Below, piece after piece: positions 16,201-24,189 of a stretch of DNA of 64,000 nt. Position 1 is the stretch's first letter; each line of letters opens with the position of its first letter. The DNA comes from a virus (lineage: Duplodnaviria; Caudoviricetes). The stretch lies in the IMG/VR virus record IMGVR_UViG_3300042334_000377, positions 2,934 through 66,933 of that record; one strand, 5' to 3'. The translations under genes were made by a program, and so were the position numbers. The notes below the pieces were generated by a model, which was not told the DNA's origin, ran no database searches, and saw nothing but the letters and a program-made list of their open reading frames with translations.

Positions 16201-17270
16201 AGTATGCACAAATAGAAGCAACTCGTTATGGCGAAGCATACCTGCCAGTTGTAATTAATCCATCAGGTGGAAATGTAGGGATTGGAACGACAACTCCAGT
16301 AGCAAGATTACACGTTGCAGCTCAAGGAGCATTATCTACCGACATAGCTATACGAGTTCGAAATAGTGCAAACACAGCGGATTTATTTAATGTTAATGGA
16401 AATGGGAACGTTGGTATTGGAACGACAACTCCAGCAAGTATTCTGGATGTTCAGAGCACTGCTGCTGCGATAGGTACTACGTTGAAAGTTTCAAACACAA
16501 GCGCATCTGGGGGTAATTACTTACAACTTGATAGAGCAACTAATTCAAGAGTAAACGCTTTAAACTTTAGTACAGCGGGTGTAGAGGATTGGTCATTAGG
16601 TATATTAAGAAATACCGGTAGCGCTACACAAATATTTAGCTTAAGTTATCAGACCGCTGGTAATATAAATTCAACTGGATTTGCAGTAACTAATACCGGC
16701 AACGTAGGTATTGGAACAATTTCACCAAGTGTTAAATTACATACAGTTGGAGATGGTTTATTCTCAAGTAATACAAATACGAATTTAACAATAAATTCAA
16801 ACGGAGGTGTTTCTATATTAACTTTAACAACAGCGGCAGGAGCCCAATCAATATACGGGGGTGTAGGAGGTTTAAATAATATGGACTTCTATACCGCAAG
16901 CGGATTTAGAATGCGTATAGACCCTACAGGTAATGTTGGTATTGGCACGTCAACTCCGCAAGGTAGACTTGATGTAAGAGCTCCAGGAGCATTAACAATT
17001 GATACTGCTTTTAGAGTTAGAAATAGCGCTGACAGTAATAACTTAATAATTATTAACGGAGCAGGTGGAATTGGAGTTGGAACAACATCTCCGCTACCAT
17101 CTGCGGTATTAGATATTAATTCAACAACTCAAGGATTCCTTCCTCCGAGAATGACAAACGCACAAAGATTAGCAATATCATTGCCAGCGGTTGGATTAAT
17201 GGTTTATTGCACAGATGCAACGGAAGGATTATACATATATAAATCAACAGGTTGGACATTCATAATTTAA
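13257..17270 (+). CDS. Long tail fibre protein
   Basis: About ten GNVGIGTTxP beta-repeat modules; C-terminal SAVLDINSTTQGFLPPRMT...GLMVY domain. Confidence 0.85.
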   Translation: MAIGNYYPVSGTVVDQDLFLGTKAGNNNTVNYTAQTVANYLNTNSKIAIGGQISFRFDISPNIPKTISFSGGGGSGTPFASITQLIVSGIDLSSTDITIFLNYLNGSEILLAQQNQPNLFGNYKITGYTQIGTSNFYTLDLQFIGGNGTITENTYYNISSFVLSSGIDVPTLNQVLTAGNTSVIDAKVGNLYSYDNLNVDYGIVQFYDGGVSLKAATTNNLLFYNDATGSVSFSNGTYLPTLNFAGVGNNVYTFQNANGTLAFLSDIPSLSGYVPTSRTLTINGTSYDLTANRSWSVGTVTSVGLSMPPAFNVSSSPVTGSGTIAVTGAGVASQYIRGDGTLANFPTSTGGGASVSYYLNGSISQGTIGGVAYKEMNSVPVIGAGTDFTINADGYIAQFITDVGDPNKLLIPGGNWNFETYFSASSGGGSPRFYVELYKYDGTTFTLIASNSASPRLITDGTNIEAYFSALAVPATTLLVTDRLAVRFYVIHSGRTITMHTENSHLCQVITTFSSGLTALNGLTSQVQYFAVGTSGTDFNISSATDTHTFNLPTASAVNRGALSSADWTAFNSKASASGTTNYVAKFTGATAIGNSQIFDNGTNVGIGIALPEAKLEVVGSSSSGLQEVLRLRGTEAGGAVQGGPYISLRPVNTDPLLKNWELARVAASSVAFSYASNLLFYTNTGVAYTDITEKMRISSSGNVGIGTTAPGARLDVRAQGALSTDIAFKVRNSTDTADFIAVNGLGNVGIGTTASTEKLTVWNDTAASIGIHTNREIAGDLAILRFSTVTNGDADARKKGAIFFKANGTGNGRGDLQFAVNNAADSSNAGVANAVMTLQSDGNVGIGTAAPTTKLQVSGDANGILSLGRFENTNVGNAVQSRIQVVSGTATAQIQMFGSGHSTTPRLFRLSGSSDGGDMYLATGGVDRLAITLAGNVGIGTTAPVVKLAVAGTTTDTLRIGQTENLTGNKYMVLGMNVASQYAQIEATRYGEAYLPVVINPSGGNVGIGTTTPVARLHVAAQGALSTDIAIRVRNSANTADLFNVNGNGNVGIGTTTPASILDVQSTAAAIGTTLKVSNTSASGGNYLQLDRATNSRVNALNFSTAGVEDWSLGILRNTGSATQIFSLSYQTAGNINSTGFAVTNTGNVGIGTISPSVKLHTVGDGLFSSNTNTNLTINSNGGVSILTLTTAAGAQSIYGGVGGLNNMDFYTASGFRMRIDPTGNVGIGTSTPQGRLDVRAPGALTIDTAFRVRNSADSNNLIIINGAGGIGVGTTSPLPSAVLDINSTTQGFLPPRMTNAQRLAISLPAVGLMVYCTDATEGLYIYKSTGWTFII

Positions 17271-17283
17271 AAACAAATAAAAA

Positions 17284-17592
17284 ATGGGACTATTAGTAAG
17301 TGCTACGGCAGAAAAAAAGATTTTAATTCAAGGAACAGAAATTGAATTACCAAGTGTTTATGCTCGTTTAGAGTATGGAGCAAGAGCAAACGGTGTAACA
17401 TTAGAAATTGCAGCTTCTACTTATGAAAGCAAAGATGCTTACGAAAGCGGGGCAAGTATATTATTAACAGATGTGCCAATGTCAAATATAACTGTAGAGT
17501 TAGAAGAAGGACAAATGCAAGATTTATCAAGTGCTGAATTGTATTCTAAAGCAGGATATGAAGAATTAGGTTACTCTGTAGAGGTATTGTAA
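17284..17592 (+). CDS. Putative fibre assembly/associated protein
   Basis: Acidic, immediately after the fibre gene. Confidence 0.5.
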   Translation: MGLLVSATAEKKILIQGTEIELPSVYARLEYGARANGVTLEIAASTYESKDAYESGASILLTDVPMSNITVELEEGQMQDLSSAELYSKAGYEELGYSVEVL

Positions 17593-17774
17593 TGAGTAAA
17601 GAGCAATTAGATATATTATTAAATAAATGGGTAAGTAGGAAACTGTCCGTTTTTATAGTAGCATGCGCTGGATTATTCTCAGGATATTTAACCTCATCTG
17701 ATTGGGTTATTATATCAACTGCATATATAGGCATTCAAGGATTTACGGATATTGTTAATAAAATTAAAAGATAA
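17592..17774 (+). CDS. Putative holin
   Basis: Two TM segments, SRKL motif, basic C-terminus. Confidence 0.65.
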   Translation: MSKEQLDILLNKWVSRKLSVFIVACAGLFSGYLTSSDWVIISTAYIGIQGFTDIVNKIKR

Positions 17775-17974
17775 TGGATCAATGCAGTCTGCGTGTTTAT
17801 GGTTTAAACACATTAACCCTCATAATGAGTCTAACAAATTTGGAAGCAAGCCTAAAAATACTATTATTGATAATATCAATAGTGTATACCTCAATGAAAA
17901 TATTCGATTGGTTAATAATTAAAATAAAAGGAAATAAAAATGCAGATAACAGTAAAGAGACTACACAAGACTGA
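17774..17974 (+). CDS. Small membrane protein (holin/antiholin-like)
   Basis: Two hydrophobic segments; overlaps the DUF5675 gene. Confidence 0.55.
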   Translation: MDQCSLRVYGLNTLTLIMSLTNLEASLKILLLIISIVYTSMKIFDWLIIKIKGNKNADNSKETTQD

Positions 17975-18326
17975 TACATCTACAATAGGGGAACTATCGA
18001 TCGATGGGCTATTCGAATGTTACACATTAGAGGATGTTGAACGCTCAGTAAAGATTAAGAATGAAACAGCAATACCTAAAGGTACTTATAAAGTAATAAT
18101 AAATCAATCTAATAGATTCAAAAGATTATTGCCTTTATTAATTGATGTGCCTGGTTTTGAGGGGGTTCGTATACATAGTGGTAATTCAAACCATGATACA
18201 GAAGGTTGTATACTTGTTGGAAGAACACGCTCTAAAGATTTTATAGGGCAATCAAGAAAAGCATTTGAAAAATTATTTAAAAAAATGCAAGCGGCCAAAA
18301 ATATAACCATAACTATATTATCATAA
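17940..18326 (+). CDS. DUF5675-family protein, probable endolysin (L,D-peptidase-like)
   Basis: TIGEL...CYTLED...TAIPKGTY...VPGFEGVRIHSGN...DTEGCILVG (H...C dyad); located in the lysis cassette. Confidence 0.8.
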   Translation: MQITVKRLHKTDTSTIGELSIDGLFECYTLEDVERSVKIKNETAIPKGTYKVIINQSNRFKRLLPLLIDVPGFEGVRIHSGNSNHDTEGCILVGRTRSKDFIGQSRKAFEKLFKKMQAAKNITITILS

Positions 18327-18814
18327 TGAAAAAGATTATATTATTATTTTTAATCATATTAACATCTTGCGCAAGTAGACAAGTTCAAGTAGATAAATTA
18401 GACGTAAAGAAAGATAGTGTAGCTGAAACAAAAGTTACAGTTACAACTATAGAAAACGAAATAAAAACAGATTCTACAAACATAGTTACAACTATTGATA
18501 GTAGTGAGATTACAATCACCCCGATTGATACATGTAAAGAAATTATAGTAGAAGGCAAAGTTTATAAAAACGTTGTTTTAAAGATAAAAAAAAATAAAGT
18601 TAATACTTTATATACAAATAACAAAACAGAGTCTAATAATAAGCGTATGGACTCCGTAGCGACTGTTAAGGTAAATAAAACAGAAAAGATTTCTGGTAAA
18701 AATAAAACTATAGATAGAAAAGCTAATTACTGGTGGATCCTATGGTTAATTTTATTAATATTAACATTATATCAATTATGGCGAAACAGACTGTCGTTGC
18801 TAAAATTATTGTAA
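18326..18814 (+). CDS. Lipoprotein with C-terminal TM helix (unimolecular spanin-like)
   Basis: Lipobox LTSC at residue 15; C-terminal YWWILWLILLILTLY. Confidence 0.7.
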   Translation: MKKIILLFLIILTSCASRQVQVDKLDVKKDSVAETKVTVTTIENEIKTDSTNIVTTIDSSEITITPIDTCKEIIVEGKVYKNVVLKIKKNKVNTLYTNNKTESNNKRMDSVATVKVNKTEKISGKNKTIDRKANYWWILWLILLILTLYQLWRNRLSLLKLL

Positions 18815-18912
18815 AGGACATATCTAGACCAGGTGTTCATGCAAAAACAAAATCATCTAAAATAAAAACTTCTAAGCTATATAAAAAAGCATATAGAGGC
18901 CAAGGAAAGTAA
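18778..18912 (+). CDS. 44-aa basic peptide (not in ORF track)
   Basis: MAKQTVV...RPGVHAKTKSSK..SKLYKKAYRGQGK. Confidence 0.65.
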   Translation: MAKQTVVAKIIVKDISRPGVHAKTKSSKIKTSKLYKKAYRGQGK

Positions 18913-18966
18913 AAGTCCTAAAAAACAGGTGATATATAAGTTATATCAATTTAATCAAATAAAATT

Positions 18967-20514
18967 ATGTCAGACGCAATAGTCAAAAACTTAAGCTTTG
19001 GAAAAGAAGCGAGTGATAAAGTATTTGCTGGAATAGAAAAATTATCTAGAGCGGTTAGTTCTACTCTAGGAGCCAGTGGTAAATGTGTTTTATTAGAAGA
19101 CGGAAATGGTCGTCCAGTTATTACTAAAGATGGTGTTTCAGTTGCTGATTCAATTATTCTTTTAGATCCTGTTGAAAATATGGGAGCTACACTTTTAAAA
19201 GAAGCAGCTAGAAAAACAGTTAGAGAAGCGGGGGATGGAACTACAACAGCAACAGTATTAGCGCACGCCATTTTAAAGAACGCTTACGCTATTGAGAATC
19301 CTAATGCTAGGAAGATCAAAGAAGGTATTAATAAAGCAGTTGAAAATGTAATAAAGTATCTTGATGATATGTCTATAAAAGTAGACGATAATATGCTAGA
19401 TCAAATTGCTACCATTTCAACTAATAATGATCCTGAGTTAGGTAAGTTAGTGGGAGATGCTTTTAGATCAGTTGGTAACACTGGAATCGTAATGATGGAA
19501 ACATCGGCAGAGCCAGAATGTAGCTTACAAGTTGTTGAAGGAGTTCAATGTTCAATGGGTTTAAAGAATTCACACTTTATTACCAATCAAAAAAATAAAA
19601 CTGCAGAGTTAGATAACCCTTTGGTTTTATTAGTTGAATCTCCAATAGAGAATATAAGACAGATACAATCTGTTTTAGAATACGTTATAAAGAACAATAA
19701 GTCTTTACTTATAGTTGCAGATATGGAGCAAGTTCCATTATCAGCTTTGGCAATGAATAAGTCTAAAGGAAATATAAAAATAAATGTTATTGATGCTCCG
19801 GTTTACGGAGTTAATAGAAAAGAGATATTCGATGATCTTGCTTTATTAACTGGTGCAACTTTAATAAACGAAGATCTTGGTGATGATCTAGATTTAATAC
19901 AGCCAGACGTATTAGGCAGTTGTATTAAAAGTATAACAAACTATGAAGAAACAATTCTTCACGTTGGTGAAACATCAAATGAGATATTAGAGATTATTGA
20001 GGATATTAAAAAGTCTTTAACAGAATCTAATCACAGTCATCAAGTAATAAAATTAGAAAAAAGATTAGCAAGACTAACAGCTAAGATTGCTGTTGTAAAA
20101 GTTGGTGCTAATTCAGAAATAGAATTAAAAGAAAAAGCAGATAGAATAGAAGATGCAATTTGTGCAACTAAAGCGGCTATTAAAGAAGGTATTGTGCCAG
20201 GCGGAGGAATTGCTTTATTGAATGCTTCACATAATATAGATACTTTTTCAGTTGGAGAAGAAATACTATTAGATTCTATTAGAGCACCTTTTAAAACTAT
20301 ATTAGACAATGCGGGTATTGATTATGCTCCGTTGGAAACAATATCGAAAATTGGGTATGGGCTTAATGTTATAACAGGTGAAACTGTAGATATGATTAAA
20401 GCAGGAATTATTGATCCTTTATTGGTGACAAAAAGTGCTTTAAGAAATGCAGCTTCTGTAGCAACTACAATATTGTCAACAGATTGTGTAATTAATAACT
20501 TACGCGTATCATGA
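18967..20514 (+). CDS. groEL: Chaperonin GroEL
   Basis: ITKDGVSVA, AGDGTTTATVLA, GIVPGGG and GIIDP motifs; no GGM tail. Confidence 0.97.
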   Translation: MSDAIVKNLSFGKEASDKVFAGIEKLSRAVSSTLGASGKCVLLEDGNGRPVITKDGVSVADSIILLDPVENMGATLLKEAARKTVREAGDGTTTATVLAHAILKNAYAIENPNARKIKEGINKAVENVIKYLDDMSIKVDDNMLDQIATISTNNDPELGKLVGDAFRSVGNTGIVMMETSAEPECSLQVVEGVQCSMGLKNSHFITNQKNKTAELDNPLVLLVESPIENIRQIQSVLEYVIKNNKSLLIVADMEQVPLSALAMNKSKGNIKINVIDAPVYGVNRKEIFDDLALLTGATLINEDLGDDLDLIQPDVLGSCIKSITNYEETILHVGETSNEILEIIEDIKKSLTESNHSHQVIKLEKRLARLTAKIAVVKVGANSEIELKEKADRIEDAICATKAAIKEGIVPGGGIALLNASHNIDTFSVGEEILLDSIRAPFKTILDNAGIDYAPLETISKIGYGLNVITGETVDMIKAGIIDPLLVTKSALRNAASVATTILSTDCVINNLRVS

Positions 20515-20771
20515 AAGCAATAGGTAGAAATTTAATTATACAAAAGTTAAAAGAAGGTACAACCGTCACAAAAGGCGGTTTGATGCTTTCTGAGAATCAA
20601 AGAGAAGATATTAGATATGTTGAAGCAAGTGTTTTGTCAATAGGAGATGAAGTTGTTGGAGTTAAAGAAAACGATAAGATATTCTTTGATAGACATGCAG
20701 GCCACAAGATAGAAATTGGCAAAGAGATATATCATGTTATAAAATTAGCCGATGTCGTTATTGTTTTATGA
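20511..20771 (+). CDS. groES: Co-chaperonin GroES
   Basis: TKGGLML mobile loop, 86 aa, ATGA-coupled to groEL. Confidence 0.88.
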   Translation: MKAIGRNLIIQKLKEGTTVTKGGLMLSENQREDIRYVEASVLSIGDEVVGVKENDKIFFDRHAGHKIEIGKEIYHVIKLADVVIVL

Positions 20772-21226
20772 AACGATTAGAAGCTGCAGATGTCAAAGAG
20801 CTGGGGTTATTAAAACATTATAGAATAATACGCAGATGGGCATGCAAGAATAACGATTTAACGGATGCTGATTTAGAACTGTTAATCTATTTTGATTGCA
20901 TGGACTTCTTTACAAAACAGGATTATAAAATAGGTACATACGCATATAGTTGGGACAATAAACGCTGGAACAGTTTATTAAAAGAAGGTTGGATAGTGGT
21001 TTGGAGAAATAGAAACCATACAACTCAAAAATACAATATATATAAAGTTTCATTTAAGTGTAAACAACTAATAAATAAAATGTACCGTATAATGCTGGGG
21101 AAAGAAGATATACCAACTGGCCGCAGAAATACAATAATGAAAGGAAAAACATATATGGATACGGTAGCAATAACGGCCATAGAAAATGTAAATAACGATA
21201 AAACAAGAAACAATAATGGATATTAA
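20768..21226 (+). CDS. Conserved protein, possible winged helix
   Basis: LTDADLELLIY...LLKEGWI...YKVSFK pattern. Confidence 0.5.
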   Translation: MKRLEAADVKELGLLKHYRIIRRWACKNNDLTDADLELLIYFDCMDFFTKQDYKIGTYAYSWDNKRWNSLLKEGWIVVWRNRNHTTQKYNIYKVSFKCKQLINKMYRIMLGKEDIPTGRRNTIMKGKTYMDTVAITAIENVNNDKTRNNNGY

Positions 21227-21452
21227 CACACGACCACAATTGCCATATAACGATATTAGCCCTAAAGCTTTCTCAAACCAAGAAGCTATAGTTGGTATGT
21301 ATGGGCAAGCAAATCCAGGAACTTTTACTAGAACTGTTGGAAATACTAATATGGTAAAATCAATGGATATGACAGCCGGTCAAGATATGCCAGTTCCTCC
21401 TCCTATGGGAGTGGACACACCGATAACTCCTAACTACGACTTAAACTATTAA
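21216..21452 (+). CDS. Small hypothetical late protein
   Basis: ORF track. Confidence 0.6.
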   Translation: MDINTRPQLPYNDISPKAFSNQEAIVGMYGQANPGTFTRTVGNTNMVKSMDMTAGQDMPVPPPMGVDTPITPNYDLNY

Positions 21453-21454
21453 TC

Positions 21455-21673
21455 ATGAATTTAAACATCAAAAAACACCCAAACGACATTCACGATAAGA
21501 CTGCTGCTGAGTCAGGGGTAGGAGCAAATGCTCTATGGAATGGTCCTTTTAATACGGACTCTTTGCCAAAAGGTAAAGGTTCAAGCTCTGGAATAACTGG
21601 AATTATATTAAACAACGATAAGCCACAGTATAGTGGGCTACCAATAACTGAAAAAGCTAAAGGTAGATTTTAA
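21455..21673 (+). CDS. Small hypothetical late protein
   Basis: GVGANALWNGP...PKGKGSSSG. Confidence 0.6.
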   Translation: MNLNIKKHPNDIHDKTAAESGVGANALWNGPFNTDSLPKGKGSSSGITGIILNNDKPQYSGLPITEKAKGRF

Positions 21674-21715
21674 TATTATTCCTTTATAATTAAAAACAAA
21701 ACTAAAAACTTTAAA

Positions 21716-21997
21716 ATGAAAAAACCAGTAGCTAAAAAAATTACAGAAAAGAAAACAGGAGAAAAGTATGCTTCTAAAGCAGCAATGATGAAACACGAAA
21801 AAGGTGAATCAAAAGCTGAAATGAAAAAAGAATACGGTAAAGTTAAACCTGCTGCAAAGCAAATGAAAACTCCGGCTAAAATGAATTCGCCAATGCAAAT
21901 GAAATCAGCCGCTTATATGAAGATGGCAGATAAAATGGCACCAGCTAAAATGAAGGCAGCTGATAAAAAAGCTCCTATGAAAATGAAAAAATGTTAG
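21716..21997 (+). CDS. Lys/Met-rich protein with repeated (S/T/A)PxKM motifs
   Basis: PAAKQM, TPAKM, SPMQM, APAKM, APMKM. Confidence 0.7.
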   Translation: MKKPVAKKITEKKTGEKYASKAAMMKHEKGESKAEMKKEYGKVKPAAKQMKTPAKMNSPMQMKSAAYMKMADKMAPAKMKAADKKAPMKMKKC

Positions 21998-22045
21998 TAA
22001 TAACATTCTTTATATATATATAAACAAAAACAAAAAAACAAAAAA

Positions 22046-22318
22046 ATGGCAAAATTTATCCAAATCCCAACTACTGTAGCTGGGTCACCAAACATCTTAT
22101 TTAACGCAGACGTTATTAGCGCGGTTTCTTTCCTTACTGCTACTACATTTGCAGTTTATGCACAATCAAAAGTATTTACATTCACAACTAGTGCTGCTGG
22201 TGCTGCTGGGACTGTAGCTGCAATCTACAAAGCTATCTTAGCTGTAAATGGACCAGTTTTAGTAGACGTTGTAATGCCTACTGGTGTTACTATCGCTGCT
22301 CTACCTGTAGTATCCTAA
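22046..22318 (+). CDS. Small Ala/Val/Thr-rich virion protein
   Basis: Codon style like the MCP gene; followed by a terminator. Confidence 0.6.
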   Translation: MAKFIQIPTTVAGSPNILFNADVISAVSFLTATTFAVYAQSKVFTFTTSAAGAAGTVAAIYKAILAVNGPVLVDVVMPTGVTIAALPVVS

Positions 22319-22332
22319 TTATTTATTTTAAA

Positions 22333-22362
22333 TCCCCTATAGAGTAATTTATAGGGGAATTT
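22333..22362 (+). terminator. Putative intrinsic terminator
   Basis: TCCCCTATA-loop-TATAGGGGA, then AT-rich tail. Confidence 0.65.
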
Positions 22363-22383
22363 AATAATTTAAACCGTATAAGA

Positions 22384-22698
22384 ATGGCATTTAAAATGAC
22401 GGGTCCACCTTACAATATGGACAACACACCTATTTATAGTACGGACATGGATGATAATATTTTAGGCATGGCTCAGAATAATGGAACTATACTTATTAAT
22501 AAAGATATGTCTCCATTAGAATTAAAAAAGAATAAGACAATAGAACACGAAAAAGTTCATATTGATCAAATGAAAAGAGGCGATCTGGATTACACAGACA
22601 CTCACGTAATTTGGAAAGGAAAAAAATACAAAAGATCTTCTATGAAAGAAGGATCTAAAAAGTTACCTTGGGAGATGGAAGCTTATAAAAAGCAGTAA
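22384..22698 (+). CDS. Small zincin metallopeptidase
   Basis: HEKVH (HExxH) plus PWEMEAY third-ligand motif. Confidence 0.75.
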   Translation: MAFKMTGPPYNMDNTPIYSTDMDDNILGMAQNNGTILINKDMSPLELKKNKTIEHEKVHIDQMKRGDLDYTDTHVIWKGKKYKRSSMKEGSKKLPWEMEAYKKQ

Positions 22699-22742
22699 AT
22701 ACACGTAATAATAATATTATATAAATCTAATATTATTTAATT

Positions 22743-23102
22743 ATGAAAAAAGTATTTTTAATCATCGCAATTGCATTATTTAGTTTAAACACTTTTGCTC
22801 AAGAAAAAATTAATCCAAATGATTTAGTTGGATATTGGAGACCAAGCGAAGAAACAACACAACTTTTCTTCTGGAAAGATTTAAGCGGTAATTTGCAAAT
22901 GCAAGAAATTTGCGGATCAACTGGGGATCCATTAGATTTGCTTACGCTAAGAGTTGAAGAAACATATGTGTTTGCTTCTACACTATTTAAAGCTAATTCT
23001 TGGTTAACCAATTGTACTTATACACTTGTTAATAAATCTACATTGAAATGTGTTATTACCGGAAGTGGATCAGGAACAGTATATTATACAAAGATTAAAT
23101 AA
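22743..23102 (+). CDS. Secreted/periplasmic beta-rich protein
   Basis: Signal peptide MKKVFLIIAIALFSLNTFA|Q (Bacteroidota-style Q start), LVGYW lipocalin-like motif. Confidence 0.7.
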   Translation: MKKVFLIIAIALFSLNTFAQEKINPNDLVGYWRPSEETTQLFFWKDLSGNLQMQEICGSTGDPLDLLTLRVEETYVFASTLFKANSWLTNCTYTLVNKSTLKCVITGSGSGTVYYTKIK

Positions 23103-23127
23103 CAATAACAAATAATTTAAAAACAAA

Positions 23128-23670
23128 ATGGCATACACTCAAAAACCAGGTAGAGGTAACAACGCAAAAACAGGTAATGGCTTACCTAGTCCGTTTATGC
23201 AAGAAGATAAATACGGAGCATTTGGTAAAGATTTATCAAAAGGTAATCCTTATGAAAAATGGGATACTAATAACCCAAGCTTTAAAGCTAGAAAGTTTAC
23301 TGAAAAATCAGGAATGCTTGATAGTATTGCAACCGCTAAGAAAGCAATAGAATTTGGCATTGGAAAAAGAGAAGCTGGTAAAATGGGTAATATAGCTGCT
23401 AATGCTGTAAGAGCAAATAGAGGTAATGCTGATTTAAATGTTACTGTTAAAACAGTACCTGGAGGAGAAGAATACAAACAAAAAGTTAAGCCAGAAATTA
23501 ATCCAAGAACTGGTGCAAAAGTAAAAGTAGTTCCTCCTACTAAAATGAAAGTAAGCAAAAAAACTGCTTATGACATTAAAGAAGCTAGCAATCAAAAATT
23601 AAAAGCAAGTGCTAGAAAAAATTACGCGGAGAATGCTCAGGCAGCAATGAAAAACAAAATGAAAAAATAA
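23128..23670 (+). CDS. Basic modular protein with SPFMQ/PPTKM linkers
   Basis: ORF track. Confidence 0.65.
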   Translation: MAYTQKPGRGNNAKTGNGLPSPFMQEDKYGAFGKDLSKGNPYEKWDTNNPSFKARKFTEKSGMLDSIATAKKAIEFGIGKREAGKMGNIAANAVRANRGNADLNVTVKTVPGGEEYKQKVKPEINPRTGAKVKVVPPTKMKVSKKTAYDIKEASNQKLKASARKNYAENAQAAMKNKMKK

Positions 23671-23919
23671 ATGAAAAATCTATCAACAACAGGTTATAAA
23701 AAGAATAGTCCTGATAAAGATAGACCTTATAATGTAATACCTAGCGGGGAAATCACAATGAAAAACGTAGGTTTCCCCGTTTTGGGTATTGATAATGAAG
23801 GCAATTCTAAAATTATGGAGCCAGGTAAAGATTATTCTTTTCCGGGTAATACAGTTTTAGAATTTAAACTCAATACAAAAAACAAAAATAAAATATACAA
23901 TAAAATATTTAAAAAATAA
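23671..23919 (+). CDS. Conserved small virion-type protein
   Basis: GYKKNSPD...IPSGEITMKNV.FPVLGID.....MEPGKDYSFPG..V.E. Confidence 0.7.
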   Translation: MKNLSTTGYKKNSPDKDRPYNVIPSGEITMKNVGFPVLGIDNEGNSKIMEPGKDYSFPGNTVLEFKLNTKNKNKIYNKIFKK

Positions 23920-23921
23920 TT

Positions 23922-24188
23922 ATGGGACAATACGGAAATCAACCAGACTTTGCGACTACTGTAGGAACAGTGGCTAGCTTACCATTAACAGGCATTAAGT
24001 CTGCGGCTATATATATTGGAGCAGTAGTTGATCCATTGCTTAATACTACAATAACAGTAAGGCCAGTTGGGAATACTACAGATGTGACATTCTCAGGGTT
24101 AACTAGTGGCACATTTCTACCAGTTATTGTTTCGGGTATTACATCGGCAACTAACGTTTCTGCTGCAAATATTTTATTAGTATACTAA
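23922..24188 (+). CDS. Small structural (spike-base-like) protein
   Basis: AIYIG...VTFSG..SGTFLPVIV pattern. Confidence 0.6.
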   Translation: MGQYGNQPDFATTVGTVASLPLTGIKSAAIYIGAVVDPLLNTTITVRPVGNTTDVTFSGLTSGTFLPVIVSGITSATNVSAANILLVY

Positions 24189-24189
24189 T

